37,003 bases of DNA. Origin: an uncultured Methanobrevibacter sp. Lineage in GTDB: Archaea > Methanobacteriota > Methanobacteria > Methanobacteriales > Methanobacteriaceae. This document shows positions 1 to 8,686 of the stretch, piece by piece (position 1 is the first letter of the stretch; each line of letters begins with the position of its first letter). The stretch is from the NCBI GenBank assembly GCA_902772665.1, contig CACYBU010000124.1:1-37003 (forward strand), given 5' to 3'. The notes under the pieces are model-generated. The model saw only the letters and a program-made list of their open reading frames with translations, was not told the origin of the DNA and searched no databases. The translations under genes were made by a program, and so were the position numbers.

Positions 1-1224
1 AGACCGGTAATGGACAAACTTAAAGTATCTAGAGAAAAATTAGCATTTGTTGTAGACGCAACTGCAGCTCCCGTAGCTGGTATTGCAATTATTTCAACCT
101 GGATCGGGTTGGAAATCAGTTTAATTGCTGCCGGTTTCCAATCAGTTGGAGCAACCAATGTAACCGGATTCGGAATATTCCTGCAGACTATTCCTTACAG
201 ATTCTATAATATATTCATCTTAATATTCATTGTAATATCAGCATTGACATTATATGAATTTGGTCCGATGAAAAAAGCCGAACAGGCTGCACGTAAAAGA
301 AAAGATGGTGATAAAGTTGTTATTCCCGAAGCACCAGGTTTTGATGAAGTTAAACCTGTTGAAGGAATTAAATTATCAGTATGGAATGCAATCATACCAA
401 TTTTAACTTTAATTGTCGGTGCACTTGTTGCATTCTACTGGAGCGGATACACAGGAATTTTAGGTGGAGAAGATCAGGCCCTCATTACTTTAATGAAAAC
501 CTCTCCATTATCCTTCAATGGTATATTTGAAGCACTGGCTGCTTCTGATGCATCCGTTGCATTGTTCCAGGCAGCACTTCTCGCATCCATCGTTGCAATT
601 GTAATGGCTGTTGGTCAGCACATCCTAACAATTGAAGACACAATCTCCGAGTGGATTGGAGGTATGAAAACAATTGTTATTACTGGTGTAATCCTTCTTC
701 TAGCATGGTCTCTGGGAGGTGTAATCGGTGAGGTCGGAACTGCGGATTATCTTGTCGGAGTTTTAAGCGGCACCATTCCAGCATGGATTGTACCTGCATT
801 AATCTTTATTTTAGGAGCATTAATATCATTTGCAACCGGTACGGCTTACGGTACAATGAGTATCCTGATGCCTCTGGCCATTCCTTTAGGATGGGCAGTA
901 AGTAGTGGGGATATGAACTTCACAATTGTCTGTACAAGTGGAGTGCTGACAGGTGCTATTTTCGGAGACCACTGTTCTCCAATTTCAGATACAACAATTC
1001 TTTCATCTATGGGTACCAGTTGTAACCATATAGACCACGTTCAAACACAAATTTATTATGCAATCTTTGTAGCATGTGTAGCCATATTTGTCGGATACAT
1101 TCCGGCAGGATTAGGAGTTCCATGGTACATTTCCCTTGTTGTTGGTATCATAGTAATGTTTGTTGGTCTTAGACTAATAGGTGAAAAAGTAGACTTTGAT
1201 GAAGTTGAGGAATCCTCCTCGTAA
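1..1224 (+). CDS. Na+/H+ antiporter NhaC-family / ion-transporter superfamily membrane protein, 5'-truncated by the window edge
   Basis: Frame is open from base 1 (RPV then MDK). Multi-TM protein with family motifs SREKLAFVVDATAAP, SFATGTAYGT and GAIFGDHCSPISDTTILSS. Confidence 0.85.
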   Translation, partial: RPVMDKLKVSREKLAFVVDATAAPVAGIAIISTWIGLEISLIAAGFQSVGATNVTGFGIFLQTIPYRFYNIFILIFIVISALTLYEFGPMKKAEQAARKRKDGDKVVIPEAPGFDEVKPVEGIKLSVWNAIIPILTLIVGALVAFYWSGYTGILGGEDQALITLMKTSPLSFNGIFEALAASDASVALFQAALLASIVAIVMAVGQHILTIEDTISEWIGGMKTIVITGVILLLAWSLGGVIGEVGTADYLVGVLSGTIPAWIVPALIFILGALISFATGTAYGTMSILMPLAIPLGWAVSSGDMNFTIVCTSGVLTGAIFGDHCSPISDTTILSSMGTSCNHIDHVQTQIYYAIFVACVAIFVGYIPAGLGVPWYISLVVGIIVMFVGLRLIGEKVDFDEVEESSS

Positions 1225-1240
1225 AACTTCATTATTTTTT

Positions 1241-1954
1241 TTAATAATATTGACTGCAAAGATGATGATAAGTGCAGAACCTGCACAAAAACTGTTTTTT
1301 AGGATAGAAATTACCATTATTCACATGATTTCTAACATAATAGAATGTGTTAATAGCTTCATCGATTTCTTTTGAATGAAGGAATTTACGCTTATTGTCA
1401 TCATCACAAACGTCAAGTAGCCTTAAACGTCCGTTTTTTGTAAAATATATTCCCACGCTTGAAACCCTGCGTTGGCAAACGTTTTCAACAAGGAGTTTAT
1501 AGAAGCATAATTCCAAACGATATTTTGAAAATGAACTGGAATTTCCGGTTTTGTAGTCTATTACGGTCAAATCCCCATTTTCATCTTCCAGAATTATATC
1601 ACATATCCCCGAAAAACGGTGGGTTTCATCATGAAGGTATTCTTCATGACTGAATAATTTATAGTTATTGTCAATGAAGATTTCTTTAAAAAATAAGGAT
1701 AAATTATTGATATGATCATAAATTGTTTCATAGGTAAAGTTAAGTTCATCGGCAATTCTCAGGAGTTCCATTTCAATATTAATATCGTCAAGTTCATCAC
1801 CGTATTCTTCAGAGAACTTCTCGGCAATTAAGTGAACGTCAGATCCAAGCACCATATACTTGTTGGGTTCAACTTCTATTTCATCGATATATTGAAATTT
1901 AAATTCAAGAGGACATTTAAGATAAGTATTAATTTTTGATTTTGACAGTTTCAT
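1241..1954 (-). CDS. PD-(D/E)XK nuclease, RecB/AddB/Cas4-like, with probable 4Fe-4S cluster
   Basis: LSKSKINTYLKCP N-terminus, G..VH, GICD, IDYKTG and ExxxY motifs, plus C-terminal CRFCTYHHLC (1+3 cysteine arrangement). Confidence 0.8.
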   Translation of the reverse strand: MKLSKSKINTYLKCPLEFKFQYIDEIEVEPNKYMVLGSDVHLIAEKFSEEYGDELDDINIEMELLRIADELNFTYETIYDHINNLSLFFKEIFIDNNYKLFSHEEYLHDETHRFSGICDIILEDENGDLTVIDYKTGNSSSFSKYRLELCFYKLLVENVCQRRVSSVGIYFTKNGRLRLLDVCDDDNKRKFLHSKEIDEAINTFYYVRNHVNNGNFYPKKQFLCRFCTYHHLCSQYY

Positions 1955-1989
1955 GCTAACACTATTAATAGGGTATTTGAAGCCGTTTG

Positions 1990-2640
1990 TAGACTTAATG
2001 ACTTCATTTTTTTCAATTTTATCTTTTTAATTTGATCATTTCACTTTTTAACCAGTAATTTGGGTATATGCCTGAAAAGCACTGTTATAAATATGTTTGT
2101 AGCGTTTTGTGAGATTATTTTTAAAATAATCTTTATTTTCAAATATATCACATACAATATCATAAACTTCCACATCAATGTTGTCCGTTAAATATAGTAT
2201 TAAATTATGCATTATATTTATAGGAGGTTTTTATTAAGCTGTGCACTGTTAATAATTTCGAGTTTTTAAGATAGGAATTTAAGATTTCCAGAAATCATCT
2301 CACAATCATGCTTTTCACAGATATTACACATCCCTTTCCATTGATTCACTATCAATATAAATATCAAATGTATCTAAAAAATCCCATGTATTCACTATGA
2401 GCAATGTCCAATACATTGTTTTTGGAAATTTCAGAGCTTTTATTTGTCTGATTGATGATTATTAATCAATCATAGTTTTTTTCATATTCTTCAAGAATTA
2501 TTCGAGAACTGTTAGATGACCCTTCATTTATACAGATTATTTCAATGTCATTTAATGTTTGAGTGTAAATGCTGTCAAGACATTCTTTTAATTATTTTTT
2601 CAGCATTATAAATAGAAACTATGATGGATATTTTAACCAT
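1990..2640 (-). pseudogene. Glycosyltransferase family 2 pseudogene
   Basis: Minus strand from ATG at 2640 reads MVKISIIVSIYNAEK / LKECLDSIYTQTLNDIEIICINEGSSNSSRIILEEY / IINQTNKSSEISKNNVLDIAHSEYMGF / LDTFDIYID across several frameshifts. This is a typical GT2 N-terminus with the DxD degraded. 3' boundary approximate. Confidence 0.85.
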
Positions 2641-2710
2641 TTCAACACCTTAACAATAAATTATTTAATATTTAACCTATATATTATTAATTACATATTA
2701 TTTTAGGAGA

Positions 2711-3262
2711 ATGTTAAAAATGAAAGTAATAGCACTTCAAGCAAGTCCTCGCGTAGGCGGAAACTGTGATGTATTAATGGATGAAATGATTAAGGGTATT
2801 GAGGAAAACGGCGGAGAAGTCGTAAAGTACTATCTGGAAAAATGTGATATTGCCCCATGCAAAGCATGCATGTACTGCGCTGAAAATCCTGAATGCGTTA
2901 GAGCAGATGACGGAAATAAAATTATCGATGATCTGGTCGCAAACGACGGAGTAATCTTTTCAACTCCAATTTATTACGGTCAAATGTCAGCACAGGGAAA
3001 ACTTATCATTGACAGGTTCTATGCAATTGGTCAAAACCCTGATAAAAGTTTATCCGGAAAAGCCGCACTGATATTTACTGAAAATCAGCCTGAAGGAACC
3101 TATGCAGAATACATTGAACTTACCAAATTCTCACCATTCACTTTTATGGGCTATGAGGTAATTGGTCATGTAGATGCAGGCAGTGCAGGTCCGGCAGGTA
3201 TTGTAGCAACCGAACAGGAAGACAAATTAAAAGAAGCTTACGAATTAGGTTTGAAATTTTAA
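2711..3262 (+). CDS. Iron-sulfur flavoprotein (Isf) / NADPH-dependent FMN reductase (flavodoxin fold)
   Basis: ASPRVGGN FMN loop, CKACMYCAENPEC (CX2CX2CX5C) and STPIYYGQMSAQGKLIIDR. AGGAG at 2705-2709 favours the ATG at 2720 as start. Confidence 0.85.
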   Translation: MLKMKVIALQASPRVGGNCDVLMDEMIKGIEENGGEVVKYYLEKCDIAPCKACMYCAENPECVRADDGNKIIDDLVANDGVIFSTPIYYGQMSAQGKLIIDRFYAIGQNPDKSLSGKAALIFTENQPEGTYAEYIELTKFSPFTFMGYEVIGHVDAGSAGPAGIVATEQEDKLKEAYELGLKF

Positions 3263-3286
3263 ACCTAATTAACAACTTTTTTTTTT
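3243..3286 (+). terminator. Hairpin plus T-tract terminator
   Basis: AATTAGGTTT (3243-3252) pairs with AAACCTAATT (3261-3270), followed by T10 at 3277-3286. Confidence 0.65.
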
Positions 3287-3335
3287 AGTTACGTACTCCA
3301 TTACTTTTTAATATTTTCATTGAAAGGCGACTATT

Positions 3336-4166
3336 ATGAATAGAAAAATAATTTTAACGTTTACATTGATTCTGGCAGTGTTTTTAATGGTAAGTGCCAT
3401 TAGTGCCGAGGGTATATTTGACTGGTTTAATGGTGACGGCTCAAATGCAGATAATAATGATAAAACATTCATTGTCGGATTCAGTGATTTTCCTCCATTC
3501 GGATATAAAGACGACAACAATGAATATATCGGTTTTGATATAGATTTGGCAAGAGAAGTTGCAAAAAGAAACAACTGGACATTTAAAGCACAACCAATAA
3601 TAGAATGGCAAACCAAAGAAGTGGAACTCAATTCCAATGTTATTGATTGTATCTGGAGTGAATTCACCATTGACGGAAGGGAAAATGATTATACCTGGTC
3701 AAACCCTTACTTTAACAATTCACAGGTTGTTGTTGTAAAAACTGATTCTGGAATCAATTCATTAGATGATTTGGAAGGGAAAATAGTTGAAGTTCAAAGT
3801 ACAAGCAGTGCTTTAAATGCAATTGAAAATAATAAAACATTAAAGGATTCCATTGGACAAATTAATGAAATCAGTGATTATAATACTGCATTTATGAATC
3901 TTCAGTCAGGAGTATGCGATGCTGTAGTTGTGGATATAGGTTCGGCAGACTATCAAATCAAAGAAACATACTCTGATGGTGCATTCAAGATACTTGATGA
4001 TGTTTTAGCATATGAAAAATACGGTGTTGCATTCAAAAAGGGTAATGATGAGCTTAAAAATCAGGTTCAAAAAACTCTCGATGAAATGTATAAAGATGGA
4101 ACCGTTGAGAAAATAGCTCAAAATTATAGTGATTATGGAATTCCCGACGGGGTAATTTATCCATAA
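3336..4166 (+). CDS. Amino-acid ABC transporter substrate-binding protein (family 3), no permease adjacent
   Basis: Signal peptide, then FPPFGY...GFDIDLAREV, YGVAFKKG and MYKDGT motifs. Confidence 0.9.
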   Translation: MNRKIILTFTLILAVFLMVSAISAEGIFDWFNGDGSNADNNDKTFIVGFSDFPPFGYKDDNNEYIGFDIDLAREVAKRNNWTFKAQPIIEWQTKEVELNSNVIDCIWSEFTIDGRENDYTWSNPYFNNSQVVVVKTDSGINSLDDLEGKIVEVQSTSSALNAIENNKTLKDSIGQINEISDYNTAFMNLQSGVCDAVVVDIGSADYQIKETYSDGAFKILDDVLAYEKYGVAFKKGNDELKNQVQKTLDEMYKDGTVEKIAQNYSDYGIPDGVIYP

Positions 4167-4244
4167 CTATTTTTTTTAAAATTGATAACAGTTAAATTAA
4201 ATGAAATATAATATTTACAATATAAATTATAAAAGTGTTGTTTT

Positions 4245-4484
4245 ATGGGTTTGGGTTCTTTATTTAAAAGAGGAAAAAAGCAAGAAAAGCAAGAGGTAAC
4301 CGATGACTGTCACATAGATATTAATACTGAAAACTGTGACGGCTGTGAAAAATGTTCAATTGCATGTCCAAATAATGTTTTAATCCTTGCCAACGGACTT
4401 TCAAGTGTACGTGATGCACAAGTCTGTAAAAGCTGTAAGGTATGTATGGCAATTTGTCCCAATGACTGCATAACTGTAAATTAA
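4245..4484 (+). CDS. 2x[4Fe-4S] ferredoxin
   Basis: Two CxxCxxCxxxCP motifs (CDGCEKCSIACP and CKSCKVCMAICP). Confidence 0.9.
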   Translation: MGLGSLFKRGKKQEKQEVTDDCHIDINTENCDGCEKCSIACPNNVLILANGLSSVRDAQVCKSCKVCMAICPNDCITVN

Positions 4485-4662
4485 ATAGTAAGTATGATGC
4501 AGTTTGACAATTTAAAAGTAAACATTTCAAATTCAAAAAAAAATATTTGCACATTTATTTAATCAGCACATTTTCCATGTTTGGTTCAGATAACCTGTCC
4601 CATCCTAAAAGGAGTTTAAATAATTCTATTCTCGTTAATAATAGTGTAGAAAATGGTAGAAT

Positions 4663-4883
4663 AATACATTGAAAATAAAAAAATTAAATGTATCTATTGC
4701 TTTACTTAGAACAGTTAATATTCCTGCAAAAATATGAAAAAAAAGAAACCCGTCTCAGAAGATATTGTTGGGATTGCGAATATTGGTGGAAAATGGAATC
4801 TAGGAGAAGCAATAGCACAACACAAACCAGTGGATTTTGAAAAACATGATAAAGCTAAATCTGGAACATTTAATTTATATTAA
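4663..4883 (+). pseudogene. Possible decayed transglutaminase-like domain
   Basis: NTLKIKK-LNVSIALLRTVNIPAK(Y), then after a frameshift SEDIVG-IANIGGKWNLGEA. This aligns by eye to GTLNAKK[GNCVDHSH]LLVAMYRTAGLAARY and SSYG[HVWA]QVLIGDNWVCADA of the intact paralogs in this window. Confidence 0.35.
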
Positions 4884-5016
4884 TGTAGTAAAAAATTTGT
4901 TCAACATTGAAAAGGTAAACTATGGATGAATATTGTGGCAAATGGCAAAGTTATTAATGTTATAGTAGGTAATGATAATTTAATTAAAAATAAATATGAA
5001 ATCCTAGATTTTATAG

Positions 5017-5712
5017 GTGTATGTTATGAAAAATAATATGAGACTCATCGTAATATGTATTATTTTAATGTTAATTTTTTCAGGCATATATATTTTCATT
5101 TTTAAGAATGAATCTAAAATAGATAATAATTCTACAAATAATGTCAGTAAAACAAATAATTTGAATAAAACATTGAATAGTAGTAGTATTGATAATAAAA
5201 ATAATAGTAATAAATATGAAGAGTCTACAAAATGTATTGAAAAAAATCAATATTCTGATAAGAACAAATCTAACAACACAACTTTCGATAGTGCTCGTAT
5301 CGCTAAGGAATTAGTTGAAAAATATGTTTTAAATAAAAATCAAATTGCAAAATATCCAGTTTATAAAGAAAGAGGGGATTGGTTAGTTCCTATTTTTGAT
5401 AAAAAAACTGGAAAATTTGTAGGTAGCGTTTTTTCAGGTGATGATCCAACGTTTTTACTTTTTACTAATGGTCCCGATTCTTATTATCAATATAAGAAAG
5501 TGATTTCTGGTAAAACAATAAAGCATGATTCAAATAAACCTGTTAAAAAAGTTAACAAAAAGAATACTAAAAAATCAATTAAACAAACAAAAAAAGACAA
5601 TAAAAGTCAAAATAAATCAAAAACAAACATAAATGTCACTAATCGCACACCTGCTTTAAACCAACAATCTCCTGCAATCGAATCCTATAATAATATAAAC
5701 TCTACGAGTTAA
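5017..5712 (+). CDS. Membrane-anchored hypothetical surface protein (N-terminal TM, Asn/Lys-rich linkers, small central domain, possibly PepSY-like)
   Basis: Hydrophobic LIVICIILMLIFSGIYIFIF and central AKELVEKY...WLVPIFDKKTGKFVGSV. True start probably 5026 or 5038. Confidence 0.65.
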   Translation: MYVMKNNMRLIVICIILMLIFSGIYIFIFKNESKIDNNSTNNVSKTNNLNKTLNSSSIDNKNNSNKYEESTKCIEKNQYSDKNKSNNTTFDSARIAKELVEKYVLNKNQIAKYPVYKERGDWLVPIFDKKTGKFVGSVFSGDDPTFLLFTNGPDSYYQYKKVISGKTIKHDSNKPVKKVNKKNTKKSIKQTKKDNKSQNKSKTNINVTNRTPALNQQSPAIESYNNINSTS

Positions 5713-5733
5713 AGTTGTTAGTGAGTATTATAA

Positions 5734-5763
5734 AAAGTATCAAATTTTATCATATGATACTTT
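5734..5763. terminator. Inverted repeat downstream of the 5017-5712 gene
   Basis: AAAGTATCA (5734-5742) pairs with TGATACTTT (5755-5763). Confidence 0.4.
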
Positions 5764-5836
5764 AAATTATCTCAAACAGATTAATATTAATCTAATATGC
5801 TCAGTACAATTAATTGTGTTTAGTACATTTTATATC

Positions 5837-6205
5837 AAATTAGATGTTGAAAAATATGCTTTAGATAATAATGAAATTGCAGGATATTCAATTTATAATC
5901 ATCCTTCATGGTTAGTTCCTATTTTTGGTAAGAAGACTAAAATATTCAAAAGAAGTATATATATTTATAAAGAAGATTAAGCTTTAATTATGGGTTTTCA
6001 GTCTTATTATGAGTATAAGAAAATGATTTCTGGTAAAACAACAATGTATAATTCAAATAAATAGGTTAAAAAAGTTAGCAAAAAGAATTCTAATTAATCA
6101 ACTAAAAGTAATATAAATACTAAAAATAACTCTAATATTGCGTATACTTCAAATAAACAAGTTTCTATAATGGAATAGAATTATAACCTAAATTTTATGA
6201 ATTAA
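5837..6205 (+). pseudogene. Decayed tandem paralog of the 3' half of the 5017-5712 gene
   Basis: Identical blocks: GTTGAAAAATATG (5314/5846), TGGTTAGTTCCTATTTTTG (5380/5909) and TGATTTCTGGTAAAACAA (5501/6024). One frame with 4 internal stops. Confidence 0.85.
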
Positions 6206-6335
6206 ATATACTAAAAAGACTATTATATTGTATTATCATAATGAATGTGACATCAAATAATTAATCAGTTTGGTATCATCACTATTCTACTTGCGTATAG
6301 TCATAATCAACCTTCCAAATTATTATTAATGTGAA

Positions 6336-6400
6336 CTCGTAAGTCAACGAGGGATAACTTGGTAATCCTTATGACTCTCAGAGCATAACAGCCCAAGAAT
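6336..6400 (+). ncRNA. Structured element resembling the 3' region (omega/reRNA scaffold) of an IS200/IS605 TnpB element, lacking the terminal right-end hairpin
   Basis: CTCGT/ACGAG hairpin, then GGATAA, then a CTTGG (6358) / CCAAG (6393) stem enclosing the hairpin TTATG-a-CTC-tca-GAG-CATAA, ending in AAT. The match to TnpB 3' ends is from recalled family pattern only. Confidence 0.45.
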
Positions 6401-6429
6401 AATTTTACAAAATGCAACAAACATAAAGT

Positions 6430-6445
6430 AAAAGACTATATAAAT
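6430..6445 (+). promoter_or_regulatory. Putative BRE/TATA box of the IscU-like/GGGtGRT operon
   Basis: AAAAGAC-TATATAAA about 50 nt upstream of ATG 6492. GGAG RBS at 6479-6482. Confidence 0.45.
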
Positions 6446-6491
6446 ATAAAAACAGAAATATAAGATTAATGAAATTTTGGAGTAAAAAAAG

Positions 6492-7184
6492 ATGATATAT
6501 TCAACAGAAATTGAAAATATGTGTCTGGTACACAAAGGTGCAAATCACGGCCCTGCTCCAATACCTGAAGAGGGTAAATGGGTGAAAGCAAAAGAAGTAG
6601 GGGATATTTCAGGTTTCACTCATGGAATAGGATGGTGTGCACCACAACAGGGATGCTGTAAACTGACATTAAATGTTAAAGAGGGGATTATTGAAGAGGC
6701 TTTAGTAGAAACACTGGGCTGTTCGGGTATGACACATTCCGCTGCAATGGCGGGGGAAATACTTGTTGGCAAAACAATTCTAGAAGCATTAAATACTGAT
6801 CTTGTTTGTGATGCCATCAACACTGCAATGCGTGAATTATTCCTCCAGATTGTCTATGGAAGAACTCAGTCTGCATTCTCAGAAGGAGGTCTTCAAATCG
6901 GTGCAGGACTTGAGGATTTGGGTAAAGGTCACAGAAGCCAGGTAGGAACAATTTACTCAACAAAGGCAAAAGGACCAAGATATCTTGAACTGACCGAAGG
7001 TTATATTACCGAAATAGGACTTGACGATGATGATGAAATCATAGGTTATAAATATATTAACTTGGGCATAATGCTTGATCAAATCAAGGATGGTGTTGAC
7101 CCATTCAAAGCTATTGACAATGCTACAGGCCAATATGGTAGATTTGACGATGCTACCAAAAAAATAGATCCGAGGAGTGAATAA
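6492..7184 (+). CDS. IscU/NifU-N-like scaffold protein associated with GGGtGRT proteins
   Basis: HGIGWCAPQQG, ETLGCSGMTHSAAMA and LNTDLVCDA cysteine motifs. Directly upstream of the GGGtGRT gene. Confidence 0.85.
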   Translation: MIYSTEIENMCLVHKGANHGPAPIPEEGKWVKAKEVGDISGFTHGIGWCAPQQGCCKLTLNVKEGIIEEALVETLGCSGMTHSAAMAGEILVGKTILEALNTDLVCDAINTAMRELFLQIVYGRTQSAFSEGGLQIGAGLEDLGKGHRSQVGTIYSTKAKGPRYLELTEGYITEIGLDDDDEIIGYKYINLGIMLDQIKDGVDPFKAIDNATGQYGRFDDATKKIDPRSE

Positions 7185-7186
7185 AA

Positions 7187-8188
7187 ATGAGTTTATTTGA
7201 AAGTTATGAAAGAAGAATCGACCAGATCACTCCGGTGCTTGAAAAATATGGAATAAAAGACCTTCAGGAAGCAAAACAAATATGTCTTGATAAAGGATTT
7301 GATCCGTATGAAATTGTAAAAGGCGTTCAGCCAATTTGTTTTGAAAATGCCTGCTGGGCATATACTCTTGGAGCGGCAATTGCAATCAAAGAGGGTTGTG
7401 TGAAAGCATCAGATGCTGCAAGGGCAATCGGCGAAGGACTTCAGGCATTTTGCATACCTGGAAGTGTGGCTGATGATAGACAAGTTGGTTTAGGTCATGG
7501 AAATCTTGCATCAATGCTTTTAAGTGATGAAAGCGAATGCTTTGCATTTCTTGCAGGTCATGAAAGTTTTGCAGCTGCCGAAGGAGCAATAGGTATTGCA
7601 AACTCAGCAAATGAAGTGCGTGAAAAACCTTTAAGGGTAATATTAAACGGTCTTGGAAAAGATGCAGCATTGATTATTTCAAGAATCAACGGATTTACAC
7701 ATGTTGAAACTGAATTCAATTACTTTACAGGTGAAGTAAAGGTTGTTAAAGAAAAAGCATATTCGGATGGTGAAAGGGCAAAAGTCAGATGTTACGGTGC
7801 TGATGATGTACGTGAAGGGGTAGCTATAATGCATCTGGAAGGCGTTGATGTGTCCATCACAGGTAATTCAACAAACCCAACCCGTTTCCAGCATCCTGTT
7901 GCCGGAACATATAAAAAGGAATGTATTGCACAAGGTAAAAAATATTTCTCCGTTGCTTCAGGTGGAGGAACCGGAAGAACCCTTCACCCGGACAATATGG
8001 CAGCAGGGCCTGCTTCCTATGGTATGACAGACACATTGGGTCGTATGCATTCAGATGCTCAGTTTGCTGGTTCTTCATCAGTACCGGCTCATGTGGAAAT
8101 GATGGGTTTAATAGGTATGGGTAACAATCCTATGGTTGGAGCATCAGTCGCCGTTGCAGTGGCTGTTGAAAAAGCAATGAAAAAATAA
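7187..8188 (+). CDS. GGGtGRT family protein
   Basis: Signature SVASGGGTGRTLHPDN. N-terminus MSLFESYERRI. 2-nt gap to the upstream gene. Confidence 0.95.
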   Translation: MSLFESYERRIDQITPVLEKYGIKDLQEAKQICLDKGFDPYEIVKGVQPICFENACWAYTLGAAIAIKEGCVKASDAARAIGEGLQAFCIPGSVADDRQVGLGHGNLASMLLSDESECFAFLAGHESFAAAEGAIGIANSANEVREKPLRVILNGLGKDAALIISRINGFTHVETEFNYFTGEVKVVKEKAYSDGERAKVRCYGADDVREGVAIMHLEGVDVSITGNSTNPTRFQHPVAGTYKKECIAQGKKYFSVASGGGTGRTLHPDNMAAGPASYGMTDTLGRMHSDAQFAGSSSVPAHVEMMGLIGMGNNPMVGASVAVAVAVEKAMKK

Positions 8189-8209
8189 GGGATTACATTC
8201 ATCCCTTTT
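8187..8209 (+). terminator. Hairpin terminator after the GGGtGRT gene
   Basis: AAGGGAT-tacattc-ATCCCTT followed by T-rich sequence. Confidence 0.55.
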
Positions 8210-8264
8210 AATATTTATTTTAACATTTCCCTGATGTTTCATTCAGGATATTTCAAGTGATATT

Positions 8265-8684
8265 ATGACTGCACTGTGGGGACTGACAGTTAAGGGAATA
8301 TGCGAATTTAACGATAAAATTCTGCTTTTAAAAATAAGACATGATTCCGCTCATGATGCTGATAAATGGGAAATTCCCGGAGGTAAAGTTAAAAAATGCG
8401 AATTTTTTGATGAAGCACTGAAAAGGGAATTCCTCGATGAAACAGGTCTTGAAATTCACATTGACTCGTTATATACTGTTGTAAGAAAGGATTACACTGC
8501 ATGCAAAACCTCACAAGATATAAAATCAGTCCAACTTATCATGAAGGTAACCTGTCAAAGTGATCATGTTGAAATCAGTGAAGAACATGGTGAATACGGA
8601 TGGTTCAGTTTGGATGAAGTTAATGACATGATTGAACATGAATTATTAACTCCTCCGGCAGTGGAAGCATTCACAAAAAAATAA
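8265..8684 (+). CDS. NUDIX hydrolase
   Basis: Nudix box GGKVKKCEFFDEALKREFLDETGL and SEEH motif. Confidence 0.9.
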   Translation: MTALWGLTVKGICEFNDKILLLKIRHDSAHDADKWEIPGGKVKKCEFFDEALKREFLDETGLEIHIDSLYTVVRKDYTACKTSQDIKSVQLIMKVTCQSDHVEISEEHGEYGWFSLDEVNDMIEHELLTPPAVEAFTKK

Positions 8685-8686
8685 TT

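Noticed and set aside
6344-6535. 63-aa hydrophobic minus-strand ORF
   Set aside because: Its hydrophobicity comes from the A-rich promoter region read in reverse, and it overlaps the start of the IscU-like gene.
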